A stretch of DNA of 63,823 nt, filler included, from Lenisia limosa (taxonomy: Eukaryota; Protista; Breviatea), in NCBI GenBank assembly GCA_001655205.1. It is 12 parts of 12 records of this genome, joined end to end, with 100 filler letters (N's around TTAATTAATTAA, not from the genome) between each part and the next. Parts side by side here need not be neighbours in the genome. Positions count along the whole stretch, not along the records: positions 1 to 4,138 come from LPNZ01010890.1; positions 4,239 to 7,945 come from LPNZ01000166.1; positions 8,046 to 9,356 come from LPNZ01009296.1; positions 9,457 to 11,269 come from LPNZ01007447.1; positions 11,370 to 16,357 come from LPNZ01009706.1; 7 more parts are not named here. One strand, 5' to 3'. The position numbers were made by a program, and so were the translations under genes. Shown here in pieces: positions 1 through 12,319 of the stretch (its first letter is position 1; the number at the start of each line of letters is the position of its first letter). The notes below the pieces were generated by a model. That model had not been told where the DNA came from. It did not search any database and saw only the letters and a program-made list of their open reading frames with translations.

Positions 1-185
1 CCCCTCACACCCCCTTCTCTCAACTCGCCAATTGACAGACCGTCATCTCTTCCCCCTCCGAAGTCCCCAAGTGATGTAAGCCTCGGGAGAACTCTGGACA
101 AAGCAGAACTCTGCAAGAGTTGGAGCATATTATGTAACCCGGAATTGATTCACGCACTCATCGCGTTTTGTTCTTATTCGCGCAG

Positions 186-483
186 CGATTACGCAAAAAG
201 CTCAGACGCACGCCTTCGGAGGTCATTTCCCTGGAAGTTGAGGTCAAATACAAGGCTGGCGAATGCACTTCTTTTGCCCGGATCTATCCCGAGGAAAGTG
301 AGCTACTATTGGTGATAATTGACATTTCATCACAATCAAATTGTCTTTATAAAATCCGATATGTAGCAGTTATAGTTTAGTATATGATAAATAATATACT
401 ACTAGTATATGATACTACATATCATTGCATATATTATCTACATTTTATATCTATCGTATAGTGAATCTATATGTATGTATATG

Positions 484-518
<35 letters not shown>

Positions 519-3500
519 AGCTATATTATTGGATTTACTCTTCCCTTTATTTACCCATCAGATACAATGCCAAACGGGGCTGTCCGGTCGTCAGTGAGGG
601 AAATCCTTGCAGGTGAGGAAGAAATTGTCACTTTGATTGATTGAGAAGGAGGGAAATTTTTCTTTTTCATCAGAACCGCTGTTATTATTTTTTAAACTGT
701 TGCCAGGACTGCAGACATTTAATGAATCGCGTTTATTAGCAGCCAAGCTCCGCACCCCGAGATTCCACTCAATGGTTTGTTGGGCCCAATGGAAAAGTCG
801 AAATTAGTCAATCCGTCGTTCCCCAGGAGGAGGAGTTCTTTCTCACCTTCTTAGACCGTGCAGAACAGCAGCCCCATTGTTGCGTCGCCACTCAGGTACG
901 CAGCGGCTCATTTATATTGTTATTGGGTCAAAAGTTTTAGAAAGATTCTGTACACCCTTTTCCCCTCACCTTTTGTTATTCTGATATCTTCCTTATATCT
1001 TACAACTGCAGGCCATTTGAAACAATCACAGATTTTGACTATGACCACACCACAATTCCCTATGTAAGCCCTTTACATTAATGTCCATGTCCCTGCTGTT
1101 GATATCGCTGTACCTAGTTCAATAGAGAGTAAAAGTCAAAATAGGACCCCGATCATCCTCTGTATCGATATCGCGTTATCTGTGCTGCTGTGTTCAACTC
1201 TCTCATTTTGGCCACTTACCACCCAGCATGTGCGTGAATATGGCCTCCACGCTTGCTCCCTGGGTTTTGATGACCCTGATATTATCTTGTGGGTTATGAG
1301 TAATGAAACACCGTTGTGGTCTTTTCCGACATTATTCAATTTTGAAAATATTTCAAGACGTATCACAGTCGGTGTTCGTACTGTATGGGTGATGATCTTA
1401 TATAATATATTACAAATGAGATTACCGCGCGCCCCTTGTATTAAGTGGAGGTTGTTGTAAAAAACTATCTTTGATCCTCATCCGCTTGCTTCAGTGATGA
1501 TGAAGAAATCGAGGAAATCGACCTAATTGAGGACCTTCCTGCCCCCCAGTTGCTTTTCGCTGTAGGTGGCATGGAGAGATTGATTGTACTATTTGAATTA
1601 ATAAGAGAAACCTGGGGCTGTGAAAGAGTGAGACAAAAACATCTGATATAAACATCTTATATCATAGAATATATAATGTAGACCTGTTTGCCCCCTCTCC
1701 CCTCTGGGATGCGGTACTGCAAAAGCGACTGGTCTTGGCTTTATTTGTTTTGTTGTTATCAACCCTTGGGTGTTGTCAGCCAATATAATTGATAGGGCTT
1801 TTTTGTTTTATAATTCTTATTTATCTCCCCCCCCCCCCNNNNNNNNNNNNNNNNNNNNNNNNNNNNNNNNNNNNNNNNNNNNNNNNNNNNNNNNNNNNNN
1901 NNNNNNNNNNNNNNNNNNNNNNNNNNNNNNNNNNNNNNNNNNNNNTCCCCCCTCCTCCCAGCCTTCATTTATGCCGTCCTCACTCGAGGCCTCAGCACTT
2001 CGCGTACTTCTGATGTCCGCTACTGTGGCCGCACAGCTCTCAGGTCCGCTGAGTTCAAAATAGAATATTCGGCTGCTGAAGAGCTTCACTTTTCGCTTTC
2101 ATTATGATTTGCTCATTTTCACTTATTTACTTATTTTTCTGAGGGACATCTGACCATATCGGTCAAGTCAGAGTTTTCTGACTCTTGAGAAGTTATTCCT
2201 TTTTATAGCTGAAGAACCAGGTGGAGATAATGACAGTGACGGAATGTTGACAAAGGCACCAGGAGCATACTTCAGAAGGGCTATCGAGAACATCGATGTG
2301 AACCGGCTCATTTTGCAAGGGTATGAGGGCACGTCTGCTTCCTCCAGGATACATGCGTCTTATCTTCTTTCTGCATATCATATTTAATATATTGTGGCGT
2401 AGCTTTGCTGGTCGTCAGAATCGAAGAGGCTTTCAAATATTTCCTTTATCACCCCTTTGCAGTTCTCGATACCCAAGCATGGTCATACCGCCCTCGTGCT
2501 ATCTGAGGGAGGCGTATGAAGGACGTGTCGGTAAAATGGACCGAATCACTTTTGCGAATTACGCCAATAGGCAACAGGGTAGGGAGATTAAGTGTTGGAT
2601 TCATAACATTATTTGTCATAGGGTTTTCATTTTGCTACATCGTATGACATGGGCAACTTCACTTCAAGTTTCAGTTTAAACTCAATCCCATGCTTATTAC
2701 AATATGAATCCAGCCTCATCCGATGTAGAGCTCTATAGCGACGTATTTCCCAGGATACTTCTCGATTCTGAAGAACTTATTCTCTCATAGTACGCGGGTA
2801 ATGGACTTGGGATAAGGCTCATTAAAAGCCGTGAAAAAGGATAAAATGATCGGTGTATACGTTTGGCCTTTTATGTTGCTCTATCATTTCCATGCCAATA
2901 AGTCACCCCCCCCCCCGTCATTTAGTGATATGCGTTACTGCGGAAGNNNNNNNNNNNNNNNNNNNNNNNNNNNNNNNNNNNNNNNNNNNNNNNNNNNNNN
3001 NNNNNNNNNNNNNNNNNNNNNNNTTGTTTATTTTTTTCAACCCTTGTGTGTTTCGCCTATGTTTAGCTCGGGGCGTTGTTTGTTTGTTTTCTCAAAAAAA
3101 TTCATTTTACGATTAGTCTTTTCGCCAATATTCTTCATCGAAATTTCCTTCGATTTACTAACTCATTCCCCTCAGTGCCAGGAGGAACCCTTCTCGATGG
3201 GGCATGGACCGAACCACTATCGGCATGTCTGTGTCCAACTTAGCGCCAAATTCGCCTGCTGCAAGGGATAAGGTGTGGGGATAAGTTGGGGTCGGATAGG
3301 GGACGGGATTATTTGATGGCCCTTTTTAGCTGAAATTGGCAGAAAAAATCTGACAGTATTATTATATTCACTTCAAGATACTTTTTGATATTGATTGATA
3401 AGTTTACCCTCGAATTTTGCCCCATTTTCTAATTTTGTATTCTTTTGATGAACTGTTTTTTGAAATCATATTTTGCGCTTTTTTTTTTTTTTTTTTNNNN

Positions 3501-4022
3501 NNNNNNNNNNNNNNNNNNNNNNNNNNNNNNNNNNNNNNNNNNNNNNNNNNNNNNNNNNNNNNNNNNNNNNNNNNNNNNNNNNNNNNNNNNNNNNNNNNNN
3601 NNNNNNNNNNNNNNNNNNNNNNNNNNNNNNNNNNNNNNNNNNNNNNNNNNNNNNNNNNNNNNNNNNNNNNNNNNNNNNNNNNNNNNNNNNNNNNNNNNNN
3701 NNNNNNNNNNNNNNNNNNNNNNNNNNNNNNGTATGTATTATCTAGGAACTGACCCAAAATAGGAAACCATCTATTACTAATCTTAAAATATCACAATAAA
3801 CTAACATACACATTCAGAAGCTTCTATTACACTATATCATCGTAATTTGGCAGCTCTTCATCATCAGCTTGATGGTGAAAGGTGGGGAGAATTTCAGGTT
3901 TTGGAAAACCAGATAGGAATGTTTATCAAAGACGGCAAGGTGATTCACCACCTTTCCTTGAGGTACATCAATTCAAAAGATCCAGAAATGTATCCTTTTA
4001 TTGATGACGGCAATATAGTGGT
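186..4022 (+). CDS. Multi-exon gene, product unknown (partial; may be more than one gene)
   Basis: Series of AG/GT-bounded open exons, e.g. RLRKKLRRTPSEVISLEVEVKY (186-), AFIYAVLTRGLSTSRTSDVRYCGRTAL (1962-), AEEPGGDNDSDGMLTKAPGAYFRRAIENIDVNRLILQG (~2208-) and ARRNPSRWGMDRTTIGMSVSNLAP (3176-). No family recognised. Confidence 0.55.
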
Positions 4023-4138
4023 AATATCATGAGTGTTTTTAAATTTATTCTCAACCCAGCCGCCCACTGAGTTTTGGAGGCGCCGAGGGTTGTGGGCTGA
4101 CAGCTGCGTATGATGGTGGCTGTGGGAGGGGGGGGGGG

Positions 4139-4238
4139 NNNNNNNNNNNNNNNNNNNNNNNNNNNNNNNNNNNNNNNNNNNNTTAATTAATTAANNNNNN
4201 NNNNNNNNNNNNNNNNNNNNNNNNNNNNNNNNNNNNNN
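4139..4238. other. Artificial scaffold linker (first of 11)
   Basis: 44 N + TTAATTAATTAA (stops in all six frames) + 44 N. The identical 100-bp structure recurs at 7946-8045, 9357-9456, 11270-11369, 16358-16457, 18108-18207, 26690-26789, 32246-32345, 47372-47471, 58474-58573 and 62624-62723. Confidence 0.97.
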
Positions 4239-4684
4239 TGTTGGGTTGTTAAGTGTTAAGTAATATAAGGTGTGTGTGGGATGAAACAAAAGAAGCCCGA
4301 ATCAACTCTGTTGGGTTGTTAAGTGTTAAGTAATATAAGGTGTGTGTGGGATGAAACAAAAGAAGCCCAAATCAACTCTTGGTAAAACATTAGAAGTACA
4401 CAAGGGTTTTAAACAACGACCAGTCCAGTCGCTTCTACACCACATCCCATCACTCAAAAATAAGCAGGATCTAGGTAATATTAAAACGACTTGTAGAATG
4501 ATTTTATTTCAGAGTTTCATTGAGATTTGTTAATCAATTATCACATGAGTGGATAAGAGGTATCAATTACTGCGTAAAAAATGGATAGTTCAGTTCACAC
4601 ATGTGAAAATGCCCCAAAAAGTGTGGTAGTATTCAATGTAGTTATTTAGACTTATACTTTATTATATCCCAATGTACGTATACA

Positions 4685-4761
4685 TACACTGACCGGGATA
4701 AGTCTTGACCGATTTGCTCTATGATTTCCCCAAGAAAAGTAAGACTATCCCGGTCACTTTA
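4685..4761. mobile_element. Tc1/mariner-type MITE family D
   Basis: TA-CACTGACCGGGATAAGTCTT...AAGACTATCCCGGTCACT-TTA. Confidence 0.75.
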
Positions 4762-5016
4762 TGTATTTGTGATTCTGAAGTTATCTCATTTTCTTGACTC
4801 AAAAAAGAAGAAGAATAAACAATATCGTTTATGCCTTGGAATGGCTGGGCTTGTATCCGCTCGTTTTAACAACATACCATGGTTGGGGGAATTAATATCC
4901 TTGAAAATACGTTGATATATGCTTCGATCAGGTATTTCTCATTTCAACAAAGAACAATGAGGGGATCAGAATCAGAGGGCCATGGAGGGATTGGTAAACA
5001 CGGAGGGCGTTCTTAC

Positions 5017-5169
5017 TTTGTGTTTGTGGCGGCTGAGCTTGTTGGAACGCCTGTAAGGAAGGAGGTGAGAGGAGACAGGGAAGAAGAGACAAACAGTTGC
5101 ATCATTTGAAGAATCGTTAAATCCCCCGTAGAGTGCGTCATCATCCTCTTCTTCGTGGTGATACGACAT
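5017..5169 (-). CDS. 5' exons of a gene with an IFT88-like N-terminus
   Basis: MSYHHEEEDDDALYGGFNDSSNDAT|AFQQAQPPQTQ, joined by a clean GT-AG intron. Resembles the EEDDLY(S/G)G(Y/F)ND...AFQQA N-terminus of IFT88 as recalled. No TPR region is present in this scaffold. Confidence 0.4.
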
Positions 5170-5543
5170 TTCTGAAAGCTAATTAACGCGAATACGCGTC
5201 AGTTCAATGAGGTTTATTCCTCTTTATGAGTTTCAAGCGAGATGTCCCTGTTATTAATGATAAAGCTTTTTAAAAAATGCGAATTAACCTAAAGAGCGAG
5301 TAAACTGTCTATGTTTAGTTTCAGCAAATTATTTATATAATGATTAATACTGGGGATACTTCTTATCAAGGTCTTATACCAAATATGCCTCTTTTCTTTT
5401 TGCTTTTTGGCCGTTTTTGGTCTCTTCAGTTCTTTATCAAAACACTAGAGAAACACTACATCAACAGATCGAATTTAAGCTCCTATACCTCTTCTCATCT
5501 CCCAACGGATTTTGTGAAGTATTGAAAGCGCCACACTCCCGCC

Positions 5544-6630
5544 ATGAGCCTCACTGAAGCCCTATTTGATCCAGTATGTTAATACACGTTTTTTAGAAGC
5601 GGGATAGAAAGGTCTGGGTAATTAACGCCTAAATAGCTCCGCAAGTTCGCAGCAACGGTTTCGCATGATGCGAAGGATCTTGCGCTTGCAGTGAAGAAGC
5701 GTCCCGAGGCCTCTGCTGGAGGTAGGAAGGAAATTAGCATGCATGTCAATGAAATAAGATTAGGTTGTCATTTGAAAAGATCTTGGTGTCAGAGGTCAAC
5801 TTTGCCTCTTCGTTTCGTTTATGGTTAAAATATTTCAAGAATGATGGAGGGAAGAAGGCTGAAATATTATCAAAGAGACACTTGTTCAGCTAATACATAT
5901 GATAATGTAACTGATCTTTGTTTGTTTTGTTGTTTTCAGCCCTCGTGTGTTTTCCAAAATTTAACACAATACAGAGGACTTATCATGCATATATAGTAGT
6001 AGTTATATCACCACATCCTAAATTAATCCACAACAAATATCGGTATGTTGAGGGAGTCACTGATATGGAGAGATGAGGTTTTGGATGGGAGGGGGGTCTG
6101 TAATAGATTTAGTTTTGATTCCAAGAAAAAAGTCCGATTATTTTCGATAATTCTTCGATAAATGACGTTGTTTTATGTTTTATTTTTTGAAATGACACTC
6201 TCACCACCCTAGATTCTTCTTTAAACCTTGTGGACCTCAAAGAAAAGGTTCGTACTATACATGATATAATTTATGAAACAACTTTGTGAACTTCAAACAA
6301 AAGGCTCGTTGGGCATGATTTTTACACTCTGTATCATAAATACATACATAAGACATAGTAGATAGTATTTTGTTGTTTTTTTGTATTATGTTATATATAG
6401 TATAGTTAGACGATAAGTATATGATATGATGTATTACAGGACTTTGGGCAATAATTTGTTGAAGAAATGTATTGGCAAAATCGAAATTAAAGTATCTCCA
6501 TTGTACTATTTTAAAACGAATTGCACAGATTCCTTAATTTACTTTTGTTTTACTGTTGCAGGTCGAACACACTAAAGCAGAAATCGACAGCTTGACCCGA
6601 TACACAAATGGTGGGCTCTTGAAGACAGAT
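5544..6630 (+). CDS. Small coiled-coil protein, weakly SKA3-N-like (partial)
   Basis: Spliced MSLTEALFDP|LRKFAATVSHDAKDLALAVKKRPEASAG|..SLNLVDLKEKV..TLGNNLLKK|VEHTKAEIDSLTRY. Helical heptad pattern; the family call is weak. Confidence 0.4.
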
Positions 6631-6640
6631 GTATTATATC

Positions 6641-6740
6641 TAGGGCTTCACTGCGATTACAAAAAGACCGGAAAAATAATCGATAGTTCTCGAGGATTTA
6701 TCGAGACATTCAGTTTTTTTTCGACCGAAGTGTAGCCCTA
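6641..6740. mobile_element. hAT-type MITE family C
   Basis: TAGGGCTTCAC...GTGTAGCCCTA with 8-bp flanks ATTATATC/ATTGTATC. A sister copy is at 6801-6899, and decayed copies are at ~6100-6170, ~6950-7045 and ~7520-7580. Confidence 0.85.
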
Positions 6741-8045
6741 ATTGTATCCTTTACCCCGTGAAGTAGAGCTTCACTTAAGTCAGATGCATTATATGATATC
6801 TAGGGCTTCACACGATACAGAAAATGACTAAATTCCTCGATATCTCATCGATATATTTCGATAGTTTTCCGATCTTTATTGTACGTGGGTGAAGCCCTTA
6901 TTGTATCATCTATATCATCTTTCATCGACCTGATGTAAGAATTGCTTTAAGTAGAGTTTCACTTGCTTTTCCATAAGACATTTAAAATATCGATAGTTAT
7001 CGAAGATTTATCGAATTCAGTCTTTTTTAACCGAAAGTGCATCGCTATCTTTAAGTCAGAAATTATATTATCATATAATTATGCCTTCTCGATACACAAA
7101 TGTATAATCAAAACTCAAGACATCATAAAAAATTCGCTTTTACTCGATTCGTACTGGATTTCTTCGCTCTGTTGTAACCTTTTTTTGTCACCTGAACATG
7201 TTTACTATTTTCTACTTCAGATTTTATTTCTTGACTAACATACTCAGCATCTTCTATTTCCGACTTTATTTCTTCTGTTTCGGGAGTTGTAAGAGGAGGG
7301 GGGGTTGGAAAAAATAGGGTGGAACTTTTTGAAAAGTGGCAACAATTGTTTTTTTATTTTATTACTTTGATCATAAAAAGACCACTTTTATCCTTTTGAT
7401 TATATTAGCTACAGACGCTAAATAAATTACCGCCACGTTTTTTTCTTAGAATACCCAAAATGTTCACTCCCAAGCAAAGGAGGTGTGTTTTCTCAGAGTT
7501 ATCAATTATCAATAGGTCTTTTCTGCGGTGTAAAAAAGACTGAATTTCTCGGTAAATCTTCGATAACTAGCGATCTTTACCATTTCACGTGTATATGAAT
7601 GTGTTATCTAATTATCACTCTTATCTATTTTTAATTTTCAAATTATCATCATAAAAGTGGGGCAATTTGAAGGATCATAATTCAACTTCTTATCATAATT
7701 CACCTCGGATATAATTGTCAATTCCATTCCCATCATGATATTGTGTTCATATTTTATCAATTTCATCACGATACATACATGTATGTTCGTGATGAAATTG
7801 ATTTGAAACCGATTTTGAAATACAGTAGAAAACACATCACCCCGAGAATGAAGTATAAACAAAGTCAAGATAATTTTACTTCTAATTTTGCGAGATAAAC
7901 ACAAAATATACATTTTAGACTTGTTTTTCTCAAAAAGAGTGAATCNNNNNNNNNNNNNNNNNNNNNNNNNNNNNNNNNNNNNNNNNNNNTTAATTAATTA
8001 ANNNNNNNNNNNNNNNNNNNNNNNNNNNNNNNNNNNNNNNNNNNN

Positions 8046-9356
8046 ACGCCAGGTCTGGAAGAATCTCCGTCCTTTTGCTGGGAACATAAGTAGGGCTTCA
8101 CTTCGATTCAAAAATAAAAAGACTGAATTTCTCTATGAATCTTTGAAAATTATCGATATTTTACTAGTGTTTTTCTAACCAAAGTGAAGCCCAAGATACG
8201 AGAGGGATATGTTTGGAAGAAACGCCGTTCTTTTGCTGGCGGTATGAGAGGGACATGTTTGGTTAACCCGGTCACTATATATGATATATATGTATCTGGT
8301 ATAGCTATGATATAGTAGTATGTAGCAAAATGAGGAAACAAATGGTATCACCCCCCCCCCCTCACATTGCATAAAAAACGNNNNNNNNNNNNNNNNNNNN
8401 NNNNNNNNNNNNNNNNNNNNNNNNNNNNNNNNNNNNNNNNNNNNNNNNNNNGCCTGTTCCTGGGAACATGGAGCCATAACAGCATGAAAAAGATCGGCTC
8501 GTTTTTGCCATCGATCTACCCATACGATGAAACCTTGGAGGTTGGGTTAGTTTGCTTCTGGTATCCCTACGAATTATTTTGTATCCACATACAGTGAACG
8601 GGAGAAGTCTTGGCCGATTTGTTATGGTTTTCCAATGAAAATCGGTCAAGACTAATCGGGTCACTGTATATTTGATTGTGTATTGCCTCGTTCTCATATA
8701 AGTGATAAGGAGAAATAGAAACATGGCATGTTTAACCGAATTTGTCCACAAAATCACGCTTCTCTAGGTATTGGATTATATTATCTGCCCAAGCCTTCCA
8801 CACCTTTACGGTTATAGTATCTGGCCGAAGCTGTCCACTCCATCATTATCAACATAAACTAATCCGGGCATAGGAGGTCAAACCTACATACATTTCTCCT
8901 TCATAGCCGCGTGTCTTTTGGCCACAATGAACTTTTCTGCGGAACGAAGTGTCTACAAGAATTAGAGTTTGGCTTACTCTTTTTTTTTTGCTGTCAAGGT
9001 CACAGTCACATATTGGAAGACACGTACATATTATAGAAATGAGAAATAAAACAAGTTTTGTATCCGGCCTAAGCCCACACCATCACGCTTATAAGATATA
9101 TTGGATAAAAGGAAAATACTAATACACCCAATCATTTGCCTGACAACTCTGTGCACACAGCTTTCTGCGTGCCTGAACTATAGTACACACATATAACTAA
9201 CTTCCAATCAATTGCCTTACTTATAACAAGCCCTGTAGATTGGAATACTAGTGACCCTTCAAACGTTTTGTTTGACAGTCATTTTGGTGAAGACGGTCCA
9301 GGACACAAAGGCTTTTCGAAGGGCATTGAGAGCGAAAAAAGTGGATGCAATGATCT
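8046..9356 (-). CDS. Fragment of an Sfi1-like (centrin-binding repeat) protein
   Basis: Minus-strand exons repeat an L/F-x-x-(x)-W motif: ALRKAFVSWTVF, VKVWKAWADNI, LQGFIVWVDRW, GRRFFQTWR. This fits the Sfi1 repeat consensus (LLxxxF/LxxW). Confidence 0.45.
8091..8194. mobile_element. hAT-type MITE family C
   Basis: TAGGGCTTCACTTCG...AAAGTGAAGCCCAA, with internal GACTGAATTTCTC/TATCGATATTTT core. Confidence 0.8.
8590..8668. mobile_element. Tc1/mariner-type MITE family D
   Basis: TA-CAGTGAACGGGAGAAGTCTTGGCCGATTT...AAATCGGTCAAGACTAATCGGGTCACTG-TA: ~30-bp TIR and TA TSD. Confidence 0.85.
9126..9170 (-). repeat. Short dispersed repeat family E
   Basis: Core CTGTGTGCACAGAGTTGT(C/A)AGGCAAATGATTGGGTGAATTAATATTA. 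Also at ~21445-21495+, ~26505-26560- (tandem partials), ~52448-52493+ and ~61102-61150+. Confidence 0.75.
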
Positions 9357-9701
9357 NNNNNNNNNNNNNNNNNNNNNNNNNNNNNNNNNNNNNNNNNNNN
9401 TTAATTAATTAANNNNNNNNNNNNNNNNNNNNNNNNNNNNNNNNNNNNNNNNNNNNGGTCCTTTCACGAACCGAAAAATTTGAATTGTTCATTATGTTGG
9501 GGCGTAGGGGTGGAATGTGGCATCTTCGAAAACAGCTTACGCATCAACTATGGTTTTATTAATAGTATTACATGAACTGTATAGTGAACGAAAAGATCTT
9601 TGTTTGTTTTGTTGTTCTCAACCCTCGTGTTTTGTCTGCCAACAGAGTTGATTTTGGGCTTTTTTTTGTTGCATAAATTCAATTTCACCCCCCCCCCCCA
9701 G

Positions 9702-11203
9702 GGCTGTGGACAAGCTGTATATGGGCTTCAGCCAGTTCTGCCGCAACATCATGACCAAGGCTTCTATTCACATTTCAAACCTCCCTGGTATTACTGGTTA
9801 AATTATCGGGTCATTGCCTTACTATCCAAATATTACGCAATTCGGCTGAAAACACTTACCATATAAGGCAACTGGGCCCGCAACCTTGTCGACCAAATCT
9901 CAAACACTGACCTTTCCACCACTCGCCGCTCTGCTGGCCTCCCCTTCGCGTAAGCGGTAATAGTGTTGATTGTCGGCTTTTTTTTGTTTGCTTCATAAAA
10001 TCCTATGTTCCACGAGGCGGCTGCAGAAGCGACTGGCCGCTTTGTTTGTTTTGTNNNNNNNNNNNNNNNNNNNNNNNNNNNNNNNNNNNNNNNNNNNNNN
10101 NNNNNNNNNNNNNNNNNNNNNNNNNNNNNNNNNNNNNNNNNNNNNNNNNNNNNNNNNNNNNNNNNNNNNNNNNNNNNNNNNNNNNNNNNNNNNNNNNNNN
10201 NNNNNNNNNNNNNGTCTCTGCATTTTTTGTTGTTTGCTTCAAAAAAAAACAAACCTACCCTTGTCTGCGTTCAAATGTTGGAGTTTCAGAGTAATCGGAG
10301 CATGATCAGTACCTTTACGATAATATTCATCATTGAAACCATCTTCGTTCACCCCCCCCCCCNNNNNNNNNNNNNNNNNNNNNNNNNNNNNNNNNNNNNN
10401 NNNNNNNNNNNNNNNNNNNNNNNNNNNNNNNNNNNNNNNNNNNNNNNNNNNNNNNNNNNNNNNNNNNNNNNNNNNNNNNNNNNNNNNNNNNNNNNNNNNN
10501 NNNNNNNNNNNNNNNNNNNNNNNNNNCATTTTAGGCAGGGTCATCAGCACCCTGCTGCTTGTTGCCGCCAATACGGACCCGGATGAGCATCGTTCCGGTG
10601 GTGAGTGGGACAATCTTTGATCTCTTTCGGGCTTTTTGTATGCATACTGATAATTGATCTCTTTGTCATTTGATTGGATTCATATATTAGCCCCACAATT
10701 GAGCTTTTTCAATGAAAACAATGATCAATTTTCTCGAATATTGATGTTTTATCGGACTGTCTTGAACCAACGAAAATCCGTTATTGTCTCAGTATACTGT
10801 CATCTTACGTTGAGTTCTCTCATACCACCTCATTAACACTGTATGTAGTGCCTTACGTGAGGCGGCGCTTCAGAGGAAAACTCCAGCTGGCTGACCCTGA
10901 TTCAGTGGGGCATGGGGTAAATTGAGATGCCATCTTCTTGATACATTTATCATGTGTATACATGTATAGCTACACTGACCGCGATAAGTCCAGACACGGA
11001 TATTGAGCTTTATCTTTAATCAAATGTGTCAGGACTTATCGCGGTCACTGTCTATGTCTGAGGGATGGAGAAGATGAAGATAACAATATTAATGAGCGCC
11101 CTTGTGCCCCTCACGGTTTAGGCGTCCGGTCAATGGGGCTTCGACAACGGACACAAAATGTCTCTCGAGCCAACGTCCGAGGACAGATTCCCTGTTACCA
11201 ACA
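9702..11203 (+). CDS. THADA: THADA/Trm732 homologue, DUF2428 region (partial)
   Basis: AVDKLYMGFSQFCRNIM...GNWARNLVDQISNTDLSTTRRSAGLPF. TRRSAG(L/I)PF is the hallmark DUF2428 motif. Confidence 0.72.
10971..11052. mobile_element. Tc1/mariner-type MITE family D variant
   Basis: TA-CACTGACCGCGATAAGTCC...GGACTTATCGCGGTCACTG. Confidence 0.8.
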
Positions 11204-11380
11204 GGTGGGATTCCGCTTTGCGACTGTTTTGTTTTGGTTCTGGGGAAATTCATTTACCCTCCCCGCTTCNNNNNNNNNNNNNNNNNNNNNNNNNNNNNNN
11301 NNNNNNNNNNNNNTTAATTAATTAANNNNNNNNNNNNNNNNNNNNNNNNNNNNNNNNNNNNNNNNNNNNGGGGGGGGGGG

Positions 11381-12210
11381 ATGACGAAGCAGGTTTCAAT
11401 GCCAGAAATACTGAGTACACACACAGTCACACTGGCCAAGCCAAAAACAGTACAAGCTCTTACCACCAAGCTTACCTTGGTGAGCTAATTTTTGCAATTT
11501 GAATTATTATGTTGTATTTTTGATACTGACGCTCAAACCAAAGCGGGGGGGGGGGGGTCCTGNNNNNNNNNNNNNNNNNNNNNNNNNNNNNNNNNNNNNN
11601 NNNNNNNNNNNNNNNNNNNNNNNNNNNNNNNNNNNNNNNNNNNNNNNNNNNNNNNNNNNNNNNNNNNNNNNNNNNNNNNNNNNNNNNNNNNNNNNNNNNN
11701 ACCAAGCCTTTCTCTCTCCAACCATACCAACCTTTTCTCTCTCGCAGGGTCTTGATGAGGCACTCGATGGGAAGAGGAACATCATCGCTTCGGTCGGACA
11801 AGGCAAGGACAATCTCGAGGTTTCCGCCAAACAGAGGTTCTTGGAATGTGAGGGGGGGGGGGTAAAACCCTAGGAATGGCAATATGCCTACCAAAAGAGA
11901 ACGCAAGACACATTATACAATGATATTGTATGGGAAAACAGAGTAACCTCCCCTTGGGTTTAAATAGCTTCAAACAAACACCAAGTTGAATTCCATTTGA
12001 TCAAGATGGTAAGCTCAGTATAACATCCAAAAAACACACAACAATTTTTTTTTAAAAAAAAATAAACCATCCCATACCTTGAATGATACCCAGCTTGGTG
12101 AGTTCTTCCTTGGTGGGGCGGTCATGGATGAACTCAGAGAGTTTCGCTCTGAAGTTTGCCTCCTTCTCCTGTGCAACTGGTGACTGGGCCATTCGGACTG
12201 AGCCGCCCTG
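11381..12210 (+). CDS. Multi-exon gene fragment, unknown product
   Basis: Exons GLDEALDGKRNIIASVGQGKDNLEVSAKQR, EWQYAYQKRTQDTLYNDIVWEN, ASNKHQVEFHLIKM and LGEFFLGGAVMDELREFRSEV with GT-AG boundaries. Confidence 0.45.
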
Positions 12211-12319
12211 CGTATGTCAATGCCATGCTCCATCAATCGTATTGATTGTATATTGTGTCACAATGTTTGTTTCAAATTCCTTCTACATATGGAGGTGAAA
12301 CAGTCTCAGGAAAGATGAG

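Noticed and set aside
2323-2679. ITFANY resemblance to RagA
   Set aside because: A six-residue chance match in a frame crossing introns, with no other GTPase motifs.
4183-4194. TTAATTAATTAA as a biological palindrome or PacI-like motif
   Set aside because: Always centred in exactly 44+44 N, so it is an assembly linker.
4239-4378. 70-bp tandem duplication at a scaffold start
   Set aside because: It sits at a contig edge within a family-A copy and is probably an assembly overlap artefact.
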